Positions 20,112 through 28,931 of a stretch of DNA of 64,000 bases are shown here, piece by piece. Below the pieces are notes generated by a model. That model had not been told where the DNA came from. It was given only the letters and a program-made list of their open reading frames with translations, and did not search any database. The translations under genes and the position numbers were made by a program. This stretch comes from Nostoc sp. S13 (GTDB taxonomy: Bacteria; Cyanobacteriota; Cyanobacteriia; Cyanobacteriales; Nostocaceae), in contig NZ_JAQYWQ010000014.1 of assembly GCF_029379315.1 (NCBI RefSeq), forward strand, positions 542 to 64,541, read 5' to 3'. The stretch's first letter is position 1, and every line of letters begins with the position of its first letter.

Positions 20112-21491
20112 TTAACTTGGATGAGATGCAAGCCTATCTTGTTGGTTATAACGATGTACTACTCCACAAATGGCAGCCAAAATTAACCATGAGAGCGCAT
20201 TCAAACGCAACTCGAATAGAGTTACGTCTACTGTATTGAATAGAACCCACGCAACAAAAGCCAGAAGATAACTGAAAAATATCAATCTGTCTTGTGTATT
20301 TAAATATTTTGGCTTTCGCAGTAATTGGATACCTATAATCAAAATCCAAGCGAGTAAGCCGCAAAATAAAAAAGTACTCGGAAAACCAGTTTCAGCAGCT
20401 AACATCAAAAACAAGTTATGGGGATGACCCAAGGGAATCTGCATCTGCGCTTTGTAGAGTCCACTAAAACTGCGTAAGCCCCAGCCAGTCCAAGGATGTT
20501 CCTGAGCTAAAGACCAGGCAAACTCCCACTGAGTTTTTCGCATTAAAGCGACTGGTCTATCTGGATACATATCGTCATTTAACCTTGCCCAAAAGAAGGC
20601 CGGAACGTACTGACGAAAAAAGTGAGCGACTGGCGAGGGTGCAAAAGCTGCCAAAAGCACGCTAGAGACGATCGCAGCGACGCTACTGATAAGAATGCGC
20701 CAACCTTGGTAGAGTGCGTAAGCTAAACAGGCAAAAATAGCGATCGCCCACCCATTACGCGAGTTGGTGAAAATCAAGGCAATGAAATTTGTGATCACCG
20801 CCACGGTTAGGAAGAGGAGGGGGAGTGGGGAAGGTGCGGCCCCCTCTGAGGATAAGGGGTAATGGGGAGTAGGGAGAAGACGCCACTGCCTCCTCTTAAC
20901 TCTGAGTTGCTGATAGTTTTCTAGCCACAACCCTAGACCAAGAATGAAAACTATCGCTAGATAAGCAGCGAAGGTGTTAGCGTGCATGAAGAGTGAAGCG
21001 ATGCGACCTGGCGGATTTCCTCCTGGTCTGATCGTCCAAGCAAAGACAATCCACAAAATCTCGAACTTCAAACTCCAGCCCAAAAATAACTGTCCCAAGC
21101 CGATAATCACCACCGGCATGGAACCGATCACCAAAACCCAAGCCATTTGCCGCAATTGGGCAAATGTTTGAATCAGAGTGCTATGGGCAGCGAAAACTAA
21201 AAAGAATGGTAATAAATTAAATAAGCCGACGAAAGCTGTTGTCTTGTCTTGGGCAAACCCAGCAGTCACGATCAGCAACACGCTCAAAAGGGCAAATCCC
21301 CGGTTAAGGGGGCGGCGACTAATTTTGCGGTATTGTTTCAGGCAAGTTATTAATGAAACAATACCGATAGTCACAGCCCCCAATAAAGGACTCAATGGGA
21401 AGATTAACAGTGCCCATAGAGAGTAGTTCCAAGAAGATTGCCAACGAGACTTGAAATAGTAAAAAACCTTGTTCAAGCTGGCTCCCAACAT
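20112..21491 (-). CDS. O-antigen ligase family membrane protein
   Basis: Multi-TM protein with TNSRNGW, PWTGWG and HPHNLFL motifs. Confidence 0.85.
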   Translation of the reverse strand: MLGASLNKVFYYFKSRWQSSWNYSLWALLIFPLSPLLGAVTIGIVSLITCLKQYRKISRRPLNRGFALLSVLLIVTAGFAQDKTTAFVGLFNLLPFFLVFAAHSTLIQTFAQLRQMAWVLVIGSMPVVIIGLGQLFLGWSLKFEILWIVFAWTIRPGGNPPGRIASLFMHANTFAAYLAIVFILGLGLWLENYQQLRVKRRQWRLLPTPHYPLSSEGAAPSPLPLLFLTVAVITNFIALIFTNSRNGWAIAIFACLAYALYQGWRILISSVAAIVSSVLLAAFAPSPVAHFFRQYVPAFFWARLNDDMYPDRPVALMRKTQWEFAWSLAQEHPWTGWGLRSFSGLYKAQMQIPLGHPHNLFLMLAAETGFPSTFLFCGLLAWILIIGIQLLRKPKYLNTQDRLIFFSYLLAFVAWVLFNTVDVTLFELRLNALSWLILAAICGVVHRYNQQDRLASHPS

Positions 21492-22315
21492 TCCTCACGA
21501 GTGAGGCGAATTTGAGCTAAGGCGAAGATCGTCGGGATGATCCGACCGTAGTTAGTGGCGATCGCTCTCCACCCTAAATCCGCAAAAAACCAAGCCCACA
21601 TCATCGGCCCAATCACAGCAAACATCGTGCGGGCTGCCCCGTAACGAGCTGCACTCATTGTCATACCCCGTTCCGCCATTTGCATAGCTACATAGCTTTG
21701 AAATTGCGTTGCAGCTGCTTCTGAGCCTGTAATCACCGCTTGTTTGGCTACTTCATAGGTAGCAAAGTGGATGGCAAATTGACGGGCAATTTGCTTAAGT
21801 ACAAGTGGTTGCAGCATCGAAGTCACAGCGATCGCACTACCACCTTTGAAAAGTAATCCTAAGGGGTCACGTTGCAATAGAAGTGGTAGTGGTTGTTTTA
21901 GTTCTGATTTGAGCAGCTGACGCTGCACCTGTACAGTCAATTTTTGCTTTTCCTGTTCAGGCAATTTTTTCCACACCTGTCCTAACAGATGCAAAAATAC
22001 TTCTGCTTCTAAATCAATAGTTGCCAGCTGATTAGAATAGGAAATTTTTAGATACTTACATACTTGAACTAACGCTTGTCGATAAGTTACCTGGCCTGTG
22101 CGTCCCCGCAATACCGTCATCCCATCTGCCGCCAAAAAGCGAAAGCGACCCTCTAGTGAGTCTAGCCAAGCTTTACGGTCTTGGCTTTGTACTTCGATAG
22201 GTTCGGGTGTGTGTACATAGTCTAGGGGATTGAACTTACGACTAAATAGAATTGCGGTTAAGTCTTGCAATTCTTCTTCGGTCGCTAACTCTAGCGCCGC
22301 CCTCATCTCATCCAA
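21473..22315 (-). CDS. YaaW/UPF0174 family protein
   Basis: LELATEEELQDL, RFRFLAADG and TNYGRIIPTIFALAQIRL. Confidence 0.8.
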   Translation of the reverse strand: MDEMRAALELATEEELQDLTAILFSRKFNPLDYVHTPEPIEVQSQDRKAWLDSLEGRFRFLAADGMTVLRGRTGQVTYRQALVQVCKYLKISYSNQLATIDLEAEVFLHLLGQVWKKLPEQEKQKLTVQVQRQLLKSELKQPLPLLLQRDPLGLLFKGGSAIAVTSMLQPLVLKQIARQFAIHFATYEVAKQAVITGSEAAATQFQSYVAMQMAERGMTMSAARYGAARTMFAVIGPMMWAWFFADLGWRAIATNYGRIIPTIFALAQIRLTREECWEPA

Positions 22316-22446
22316 TTTCCCTTCCTCCCTTCCGTGCAGCTTTTCTGTACCTTATTCTACTATTAGCTTTCAGCAGTCATTAGTAGTAATTTTGTCCTTT
22401 GATAATAACCAATAACTAATGACCAATGACCAAGGACTATCGACTG

Positions 22447-22530
22447 ATGACTGAATATTGCACTGATTGGTGCCGGAATAGCCGGTTTAGTCTGGGCTTA
22501 GTAGTTAAATCAAGGTGGATATTTGGTGCG
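22447..22530 (+). pseudogene. Decayed 5' fragment of an FAD/NAD(P)-dependent oxidoreductase (renalase-like)
   Basis: Translates IALIGAGIAGLVWA**LNQGGYLV: Rossmann GxGxxG with two TAG stops and a frameshift after the ATG. Confidence 0.6.
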
Positions 22531-22564
22531 ATTACTGCTATGGCAGGAGGGTGTTTTTTTATTA

Positions 22565-22795
22565 GGACTTACGCAAAATATCTCTGAAACTCTGATTTCC
22601 ACCGTTCGCGCAGCGTCTCCCCTTGGGAGAAGTTCAGAGACGCTCGCGGACTCGCTACCGCTACGCTAACGGCGGAAGCCGCCGCTCCGACTTCTCTCCG
22701 TGTCGCGCCAGTTGCTACAACGGGGGGAACCCCCGCAACGCACTGGCTTCTCAGCGCCTCTGCGGTTCGTGATTCCGTAACTCGTGCGTAAGTCC
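22565..22795. mobile_element. MITE with GGACTTACGCA terminal inverted repeats, TA flanks and nested small repeats
   Basis: TA|GGACTTACGCA ... TGCGTAAGTCC|TA. Confidence 0.75.
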
Positions 22796-22860
22796 TATTT
22801 ATTTCTGCTCCCACTGTCGGATCAAAATTAGCAAGCCAGATATCACCCTGTTTAGGAGCA
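22796..22860 (-). pseudogene. 5' remnant of a PemK/MazF toxin gene truncated at the MITE
   Basis: Translates APKQGDIWLANFDPTVGAEINR, matching the MazF N-terminal RGDIWxVxxDPxxGxE motif. Confidence 0.7.
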
Positions 22861-22945
22861 GAATAACTATTGAGAGTTGCTGAGGTCGGGCATGAGGCAT
22901 TGAGCATGGCTTCTCCCTCATCTCTCTCATCCCCACTTCCCACTC

Positions 22946-23953
22946 CTAACTAGGGCGGTTGTTTTCTAATCCTGGTATTTGCTTAGAAAACAACTCGTTA
23001 GAGTCAACCTGACCATTTGAGATAACGGAACGCATACCCTCGAAAGCAGCAGGGATAGTGCGCGGATCTATAAATAAGACCTTGCTGCTATCGCTTCTAC
23101 CAATTGTCGCGCCCATATCCAGATAGCCCAAGGCAAACAAAACTTCTACTGCTTTATTGGCATTGGGGTTAGTCTGGAGCTTTTGGGCGATAATTTCTGT
23201 AGACTCTGCGATCGCCTGCGCTTTTAGAACCTGCTGCTGACGTTCTGCTTGAGCTTTCAGAACGGTCGCCTTTTGTTCAGCTTCCGCTTGCAAAATTGTC
23301 GATTTTTGACGAGCTTCCGCATCCAATATTTGCGCCTCCGCTTTACCTCTAGCACTATTGACAGCAGCTTCGCGTTCGCCCTCAGAAGTTAAAATTGCTG
23401 CTCGTTTGCGTCGTTCTGCCGACATTTGCAATTCCATCGATTCTCGCACTGCCTGAGATGGAATAATATCTCGCAGTTCTACCCGTGTCACTTTTACACC
23501 CCAAGGATCGGTAGCAACGTCCAAATCCTGTAATAAAAGTTCACTGATGTGGGAACGAGCAGTAAAAGTTTGATCCAACTCCAGTTGCCCCATTTCGGCG
23601 CGAATTTGAGTCAGCACCATGTTTACCATTGCCGACTGGAGATTTTCTACCTTGTACCAGGCTTTTTCCATATCCACGATCCGCCAGTAAAATACTGCAT
23701 CTACCTCAATGCCAACGTTGTCACGGGTGATGCACTGTTGAGGAGGAATATCCAAGACTTTTTCTCGGATAGTTTCTCGGTAGACAACTCTATCTAGGAA
23801 AGGAACGACAAAGTTTAGTCCTGGTTCTAGTTTTTTGTTATAACTACCCAATCTTTCCACCAAAGCTTGATTACCTTGATTGACGACTTTCACAGAACCC
23901 GCTACAGCAGAACCACCAAGGGCTAAAAAGACAAGCAAAAAGAACTGTTCCAT
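22946..23953 (-). CDS. SPFH/band 7 (stomatin-like) protein
   Basis: [20 protein letters not shown] and [13 protein letters not shown]; start placed at MEQFF. Confidence 0.9.
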   Translation of the reverse strand: MEQFFLLVFLALGGSAVAGSVKVVNQGNQALVERLGSYNKKLEPGLNFVVPFLDRVVYRETIREKVLDIPPQQCITRDNVGIEVDAVFYWRIVDMEKAWYKVENLQSAMVNMVLTQIRAEMGQLELDQTFTARSHISELLLQDLDVATDPWGVKVTRVELRDIIPSQAVRESMELQMSAERRKRAAILTSEGEREAAVNSARGKAEAQILDAEARQKSTILQAEAEQKATVLKAQAERQQQVLKAQAIAESTEIIAQKLQTNPNANKAVEVLFALGYLDMGATIGRSDSSKVLFIDPRTIPAAFEGMRSVISNGQVDSNELFSKQIPGLENNRPS

Positions 23954-24063
23954 TGTGAATCTCCTGATTTTTAACAAAGGGAGTAGGGAGTAGGGGGATG
24001 AGGGGGATGAGGGAGATGAGGTGGATGGATAACTCCTAACTCCCTATTCCCCACTCCCATTAA

Positions 24064-24498
24064 CTAAGAATTCAACAAGTTTTCTGGTATCACAATCAAA
24101 GTAGTACCTTCTCTCCTAACCACATAAACTCTTTGATGGGGTGGTACGGTAAATTTGTCATCGTCACATCTTGCTTGCCAAGAATTTCCCTCATACCGCA
24201 CCCGCCCTGTTTTACCAGGCAGAATTTCTGTTAAGGTTTCAGCTATGACTGCATCCTGAATTTTAGATTTGCGTTGTCGCGGTTGCAAAAACCGACGAGA
24301 AAGCACGATTAGTGCGGTGGAAAGCAATAGCCAAACCACAATTTGTAACCATACACTTCCTAAACCCACTCTAGACAGCAGCGCCACCACAAAAGCGCTA
24401 ATTCCCATCATGAAGGCGACAAACGCCGATGGTAAGAACAATTCCGTTAAACACAGAACTGCTCCTGCCAGAAGCCAGATTAAGGTAAAACTTGGCAT
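24064..24498 (-). CDS. NfeD family protein
   Basis: TM N-terminus plus OB-fold GRVRYEGNSWQA; canonical partner of SPFH genes. Confidence 0.9.
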   Translation of the reverse strand: MPSFTLIWLLAGAVLCLTELFLPSAFVAFMMGISAFVVALLSRVGLGSVWLQIVVWLLLSTALIVLSRRFLQPRQRKSKIQDAVIAETLTEILPGKTGRVRYEGNSWQARCDDDKFTVPPHQRVYVVRREGTTLIVIPENLLNS

Positions 24499-24710
24499 AG
24501 CGCCATCCTAAACTCTACATTGACGTAAATGTATTTCTACGATTAGATACAGCCAGACTAAGTTATTTACAGAAAGCAAAACTTGGTCTTTTTACCAATA
24601 ATTTTGATTAATTTCAGTAACAAGGTGTAGCTAGCGGTACACCAATCCAGTCTATTCTAGCCTTCAAGTCATTGCCAATGAGTTGATTGGTTTCTTAAAT
24701 TTATACCTTT

Positions 24711-26705
24711 ATGATTTCTACTCAACTGATAATTTATTGTATAAATCCAGGCTGTAATAGCCCCATTAATCCTATGGAAGATAGTGTTTGTGCCAGTTGC
24801 CAAACTCCTTTAGTTCACCGCTATCTTTGGGCTACTGGCTCATTGTCTGCTCAAATCTCACCAGGCACTAAGGTAGCAGATAGGTATGAGGTAATTAGTC
24901 ACCAGATTTGGCTGGATACTCAACCGGGATTGCCGCCAGATGTACCTGAAGAATTGCCAAAAGAAGTAATTCCTTATCTACTGTTATATCAAGAGCGGTT
25001 GCATTTGCCCCAGGTTTATGGATTTGCTTCTAACTTTGAAAGAGATACAACTGATATCCTCTTATTGGAAAATGTACCGATAGATGAGACAGGAAATATT
25101 TATCCAACTATTGTTGAGGCATGGGAGCAAGCAACGGCAGTACGACAAGTTTATTGGCTGTGGCAAATTCTCCAACTTTGGACACCTTTATCAGAATTGG
25201 GACTTAGCCGCAGTTTATTGTTAGTAAATAACTTGAGAGTCCAAGGTTGGTGTGTGCAACTGTTGGAACTCTATCAAACACCAGCAGATGAGAAGCTAAG
25301 TTTACAAAATTTGGGGCAGTGTTGGCAGTTTTGGGTAACGTCTGCAAAGGCATCAGTAGCCAAAGGGTTACAGAACATAGTCCAGCAGATGTGTGAAACT
25401 GAGGTTGAGTTTGAGGCTATTAATATTCAACTTAATAATTTACTACTAGCATCTGCGGCAGAATTGCCATTAGTCCTGAAAGTGGCAGGCTCTACAGATA
25501 TTGGCCTAGTTATGGCACAAAATGAAGACGCTTGCTACCCCAATGCTTTGAGTAACTTAGATGAACCTTTATTGTCTCACTTGTCGATTGTTTGCGATGG
25601 CATTGGCGGACATGAAGGCGGCGAGGTTGCTAGTAAGTTGGCAGTGCAGTCTATAAAGTTGCAAATTCGCGCTTTACTAACGGAGGTAACAGAACAAGCT
25701 GTAGTTGTACCACCTGGGTTGTTGCAGGAACAATTAGAAGCAAGCTTACGGGTGGTAAATAATCTGATTTGTGCCCGCAATAACGAACAAAAACGCCAAG
25801 GGAAAGAACGCATGGCTACAACTATTGTAATGGCGGTACAAGTTCCCCAACAAGTGCAGACGAGTACTGAGTGGCAATCAAATAATACTCATGAACTTTA
25901 CTTGGCTAATGTTGGCGATAGCCGTGCCTATTGGATTACTCGTAATTATTGTCAGCTACTGACAGTCGATGATGATGTGGCGACACGAGAAGTACGTTTT
26001 GCGAAAAACTTGTATCGAAAGGCACTTCTTAGACCAGATGCTAGTGCCCTAACTCAAGCATTGGGAACAAGAGATGCAGAATCTTTACGTGTCAAGGTTC
26101 AGCGATTCATTCTGGAAGAAGATGGCATCTTGCTACTGTGTTCTGATGGTTTAAGTGATAATAACTGGGTGGAAGAATCTTGGCAGGATTATGCAATACC
26201 CGTGTTAACAGGTCAATTGACAGTTGAAGATGCTGTCCGCAACTGGATTAACTTGGCAAACGAAAAAAATGGGCGTGATAATACGTCTGTTGTTCTCACT
26301 TATTACCGTGTCTCTCCAGAATACTTAGTACCTGTGACTCCGGCTTTGCCAGAAGAGCTTATAGAAGCAGAAATACAAGAAGAAGAAGACAAACAAGAGG
26401 AACCAATTTCCTTTACAGAAAGTTCGCGATCGCTGCTAGATCCAAATCTAAATTTGGATCTAGACTTGGATCTAGATTTGGATCTTTCAGAGGAACCATT
26501 TACAAGTCCAGAAATCCCACCAACCTTAATTACAAAACCTAAGCGGGGTAAACGTTTGGTAATGCTGGGGGGAGTGTTGGCGTTGCTTGCGGGAGGTACA
26601 AGTCTGGGATTATTTGCTTGGTGGCAATTTAATCCTCAAGGATTCCAGCAGATGTGTTGGCAACTTCCCCAAAGAATACAGCAATTATGTCGGCCTGGGA
26701 AATAG
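24711..26705 (+). CDS. PP2C-family Ser/Thr phosphatase with N-terminal zinc ribbon and C-terminal TM
   Basis: CINPGC...CASC, VCDGIGGHEGGEVAS, ANVGDSRAY, LLCSDGLSD and GRDNTS motifs. Confidence 0.92.
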   Translation: MISTQLIIYCINPGCNSPINPMEDSVCASCQTPLVHRYLWATGSLSAQISPGTKVADRYEVISHQIWLDTQPGLPPDVPEELPKEVIPYLLLYQERLHLPQVYGFASNFERDTTDILLLENVPIDETGNIYPTIVEAWEQATAVRQVYWLWQILQLWTPLSELGLSRSLLLVNNLRVQGWCVQLLELYQTPADEKLSLQNLGQCWQFWVTSAKASVAKGLQNIVQQMCETEVEFEAINIQLNNLLLASAAELPLVLKVAGSTDIGLVMAQNEDACYPNALSNLDEPLLSHLSIVCDGIGGHEGGEVASKLAVQSIKLQIRALLTEVTEQAVVVPPGLLQEQLEASLRVVNNLICARNNEQKRQGKERMATTIVMAVQVPQQVQTSTEWQSNNTHELYLANVGDSRAYWITRNYCQLLTVDDDVATREVRFAKNLYRKALLRPDASALTQALGTRDAESLRVKVQRFILEEDGILLLCSDGLSDNNWVEESWQDYAIPVLTGQLTVEDAVRNWINLANEKNGRDNTSVVLTYYRVSPEYLVPVTPALPEELIEAEIQEEEDKQEEPISFTESSRSLLDPNLNLDLDLDLDLDLSEEPFTSPEIPPTLITKPKRGKRLVMLGGVLALLAGGTSLGLFAWWQFNPQGFQQMCWQLPQRIQQLCRPGK

Positions 26706-26790
26706 GGAGTGGGGAGTAGGTGACAGTAATAACTACCGTAGGTTTTTCACCAATGTTTCAACATTAGTTATCTAAGTCATGGCGGGAACA

Positions 26791-27021
26791 GTTTCACAAA
26801 TTATGGGAACGGTTTCACAACTTATGGGAGCAGTTTCACAACTTATGGGAACGGTTCCACAACTTACGGGAGCAGTTTCCCAACTTACGGGAACGGTTCC
26901 ACAACTTACGGGAGCAGCTTCACAACTTATGGGAACGGTTCCACAACTTACGGGAGCAGTTCCACGACTTACGGGAACGGTTCCACAACTTAGGGGAGCA
27001 GCTTCACAACTTATGGGAGCA
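26791..27021. repeat. Tandem array of 11 x 21-bp units with 42-bp higher-order alternation
   Basis: Unit GTTYCACAACTTAYGGGARCR; ends mostly alternate ...GGAACG and ...GGAGCA; no spacers. Confidence 0.9.
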
Positions 27022-27305
27022 GTTTCAGTAGCGATGTTATTTAAGAGAGTTTTTGCATTCACAGTGAGAGTTTAACTGGTGAACTGATACTGTGAAGCGA
27101 TCGCACCAGAGATAACTTTACATCACAATGGCAAAGGCGATCGCTAGCTATTTATTTATGGAATACTGTGTTGATATATTATGGCGATCGCACCACACAT
27201 AACTCTACATCATATCTTGCACCAACATGGGAGCTAGTTAGCAACTTGACTCAGTGAATCTGCGATAAGGTAAGGGTATCACAACCTGCTCTCACCACAG
27301 GAAAG

Positions 27306-28931
27306 ATGAATATTGACCCCGTATCTGTAGTTAATGCTATTAAAGCAGTTGCACCTGCTACTGTTTCCCTTGGTATCCAGCAGGCTCAACGTAACGAATA
27401 TATTATTAAAGTTTTAAAACGTTTAAATCTTGCTCGAATACAGCCTCCCAAAGATTTTGAAGGTGTTTATACTTATGCTTTGGTAGAGTATGGCGTCTTT
27501 CAAGCTGATGATATACTCAATTTTTTTAGAAATAAAGAGATTAAAAAAACTTTTTATAAGGCTTTTGCAGAAAAGGCATTGGCTATTGATAATGAGGAAT
27601 GGAATACATTAAAAGATGAGGCACAACAAGCCAAAATAGACTTAGTTAAAGTTCAGGAATTTCATCAAGTTTTTGTCAGTGTGGCAAAACGCTCTAGAAA
27701 TCCTGGAGAAATTCTAGCTAATGTACAATTTCCAGAACACCTGAATAAATCTACAGAACCTGCAAAACAGTCTCTTTATCCAGATGAGTTTAAGGCGCTA
27801 ATTGAAGAAAAAACTAAGGCATTTTGCGGACGGGTATTTGTATTTAATGAGTTTAATGATTTCCTCAAAAATCATCCCAAAGGTTATTTTACTGTAATTG
27901 GGGATGCGGGGATGGGGAAAAGTGCGATCGCAGCCCAATCTGTATCTAAATACAAAGCTATCTGCTACTTCAATATTCGGGCAGAAGGTCGCAACACACC
28001 AGAGCAATTTTTGCAAAGTAGTCGTCAACAACTGATTAATTGCTATCAGTTACAGAATGCAGAGAATGATAATTTACCTACTTTGCTGACGAAAGTAAAT
28101 GAAAAGCTAGCAACTGGTGAACCCTTGGTAATTGTGGTTGATGCACTTGATGAAGTCGAACAACCAGGGTCAGGAAATCTTTTAGATTTACCCAAAAATT
28201 TGCCAGAGAAGATATATTTTCTGTTAACTAGGCGACGTTATGCCCAAAATGAAAAGCGCTTGTTGACTGAAGAAGTTCCAGAGCAGCAGTTGGATTTAAC
28301 AGCGAATAAGTATGAGGTCTGGAATCGAAAAGATATCAAAGAATACATTAGTACATTTATCAATGATGAGCCAGAGCATGATGGTTTAAAGGCATGGATT
28401 CAAAAACGCAACATTCAGCCGCCATATTTTATTGAGCAGGTAGCACAAAAAAGTGAAAACAATTTTATGTACCTGTACTATGTCTTACCAAGTATTGCTA
28501 GAGGAGATTATCAAGACTTAAGTTTAGAAGAATTACCTGAGAAACTTCAGGGTTATTATGAACAGCATTGGAAGCAGATGGAAATGGATACTCCAGACAA
28601 GCGGAGAAATGCGATTATCCTCTGTGTACTGGTTGAGGTAGGTAAACCGATTTCCTGTAAATCCATTGCCCGCATTACTGGTCGAAATGAATATGATGTT
28701 TTGGAGCTTTTGAATAAGTGGCTGGAATTCTTGAGAAGACAAAAACAAAATCAGGAAGACTACTATTCAATTTATCACCAAAGTTTTGCAGATTTCCTCC
28801 GCAAGCAACCGATTATCAAAAGAGAAAAAAAGAGCAATAATATTGATTGGCAAGAGGTTCAGCGTCTTATTTCCGACTCTAATGACCAATTGTGGGCAAG
28901 GCTCAAACCTGGTGAGGACGAAGATGAATAG
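27306..28931 (+). CDS. STAND/NACHT-like P-loop ATPase with N-terminal helical domain
   Basis: Walker A GDAGMGKS, Walker B VIVVDALDE, FLLTRR, ENNFMY and winged-helix YSIYHQSFADFL. Confidence 0.85.
   Translation: MNIDPVSVVNAIKAVAPATVSLGIQQAQRNEYIIKVLKRLNLARIQPPKDFEGVYTYALVEYGVFQADDILNFFRNKEIKKTFYKAFAEKALAIDNEEWNTLKDEAQQAKIDLVKVQEFHQVFVSVAKRSRNPGEILANVQFPEHLNKSTEPAKQSLYPDEFKALIEEKTKAFCGRVFVFNEFNDFLKNHPKGYFTVIGDAGMGKSAIAAQSVSKYKAICYFNIRAEGRNTPEQFLQSSRQQLINCYQLQNAENDNLPTLLTKVNEKLATGEPLVIVVDALDEVEQPGSGNLLDLPKNLPEKIYFLLTRRRYAQNEKRLLTEEVPEQQLDLTANKYEVWNRKDIKEYISTFINDEPEHDGLKAWIQKRNIQPPYFIEQVAQKSENNFMYLYYVLPSIARGDYQDLSLEELPEKLQGYYEQHWKQMEMDTPDKRRNAIILCVLVEVGKPISCKSIARITGRNEYDVLELLNKWLEFLRRQKQNQEDYYSIYHQSFADFLRKQPIIKREKKSNNIDWQEVQRLISDSNDQLWARLKPGEDEDE

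Noticed and set aside
22569-22943. 124-aa ORF as an intact gene
   Set aside because: It is a chimera of STRR sequence, the mazF stub and MITE/SDR sequence.
26791-27021. CRISPR array
   Set aside because: The units are contiguous 21-mers with no unique spacers, and there are no cas genes in the window.
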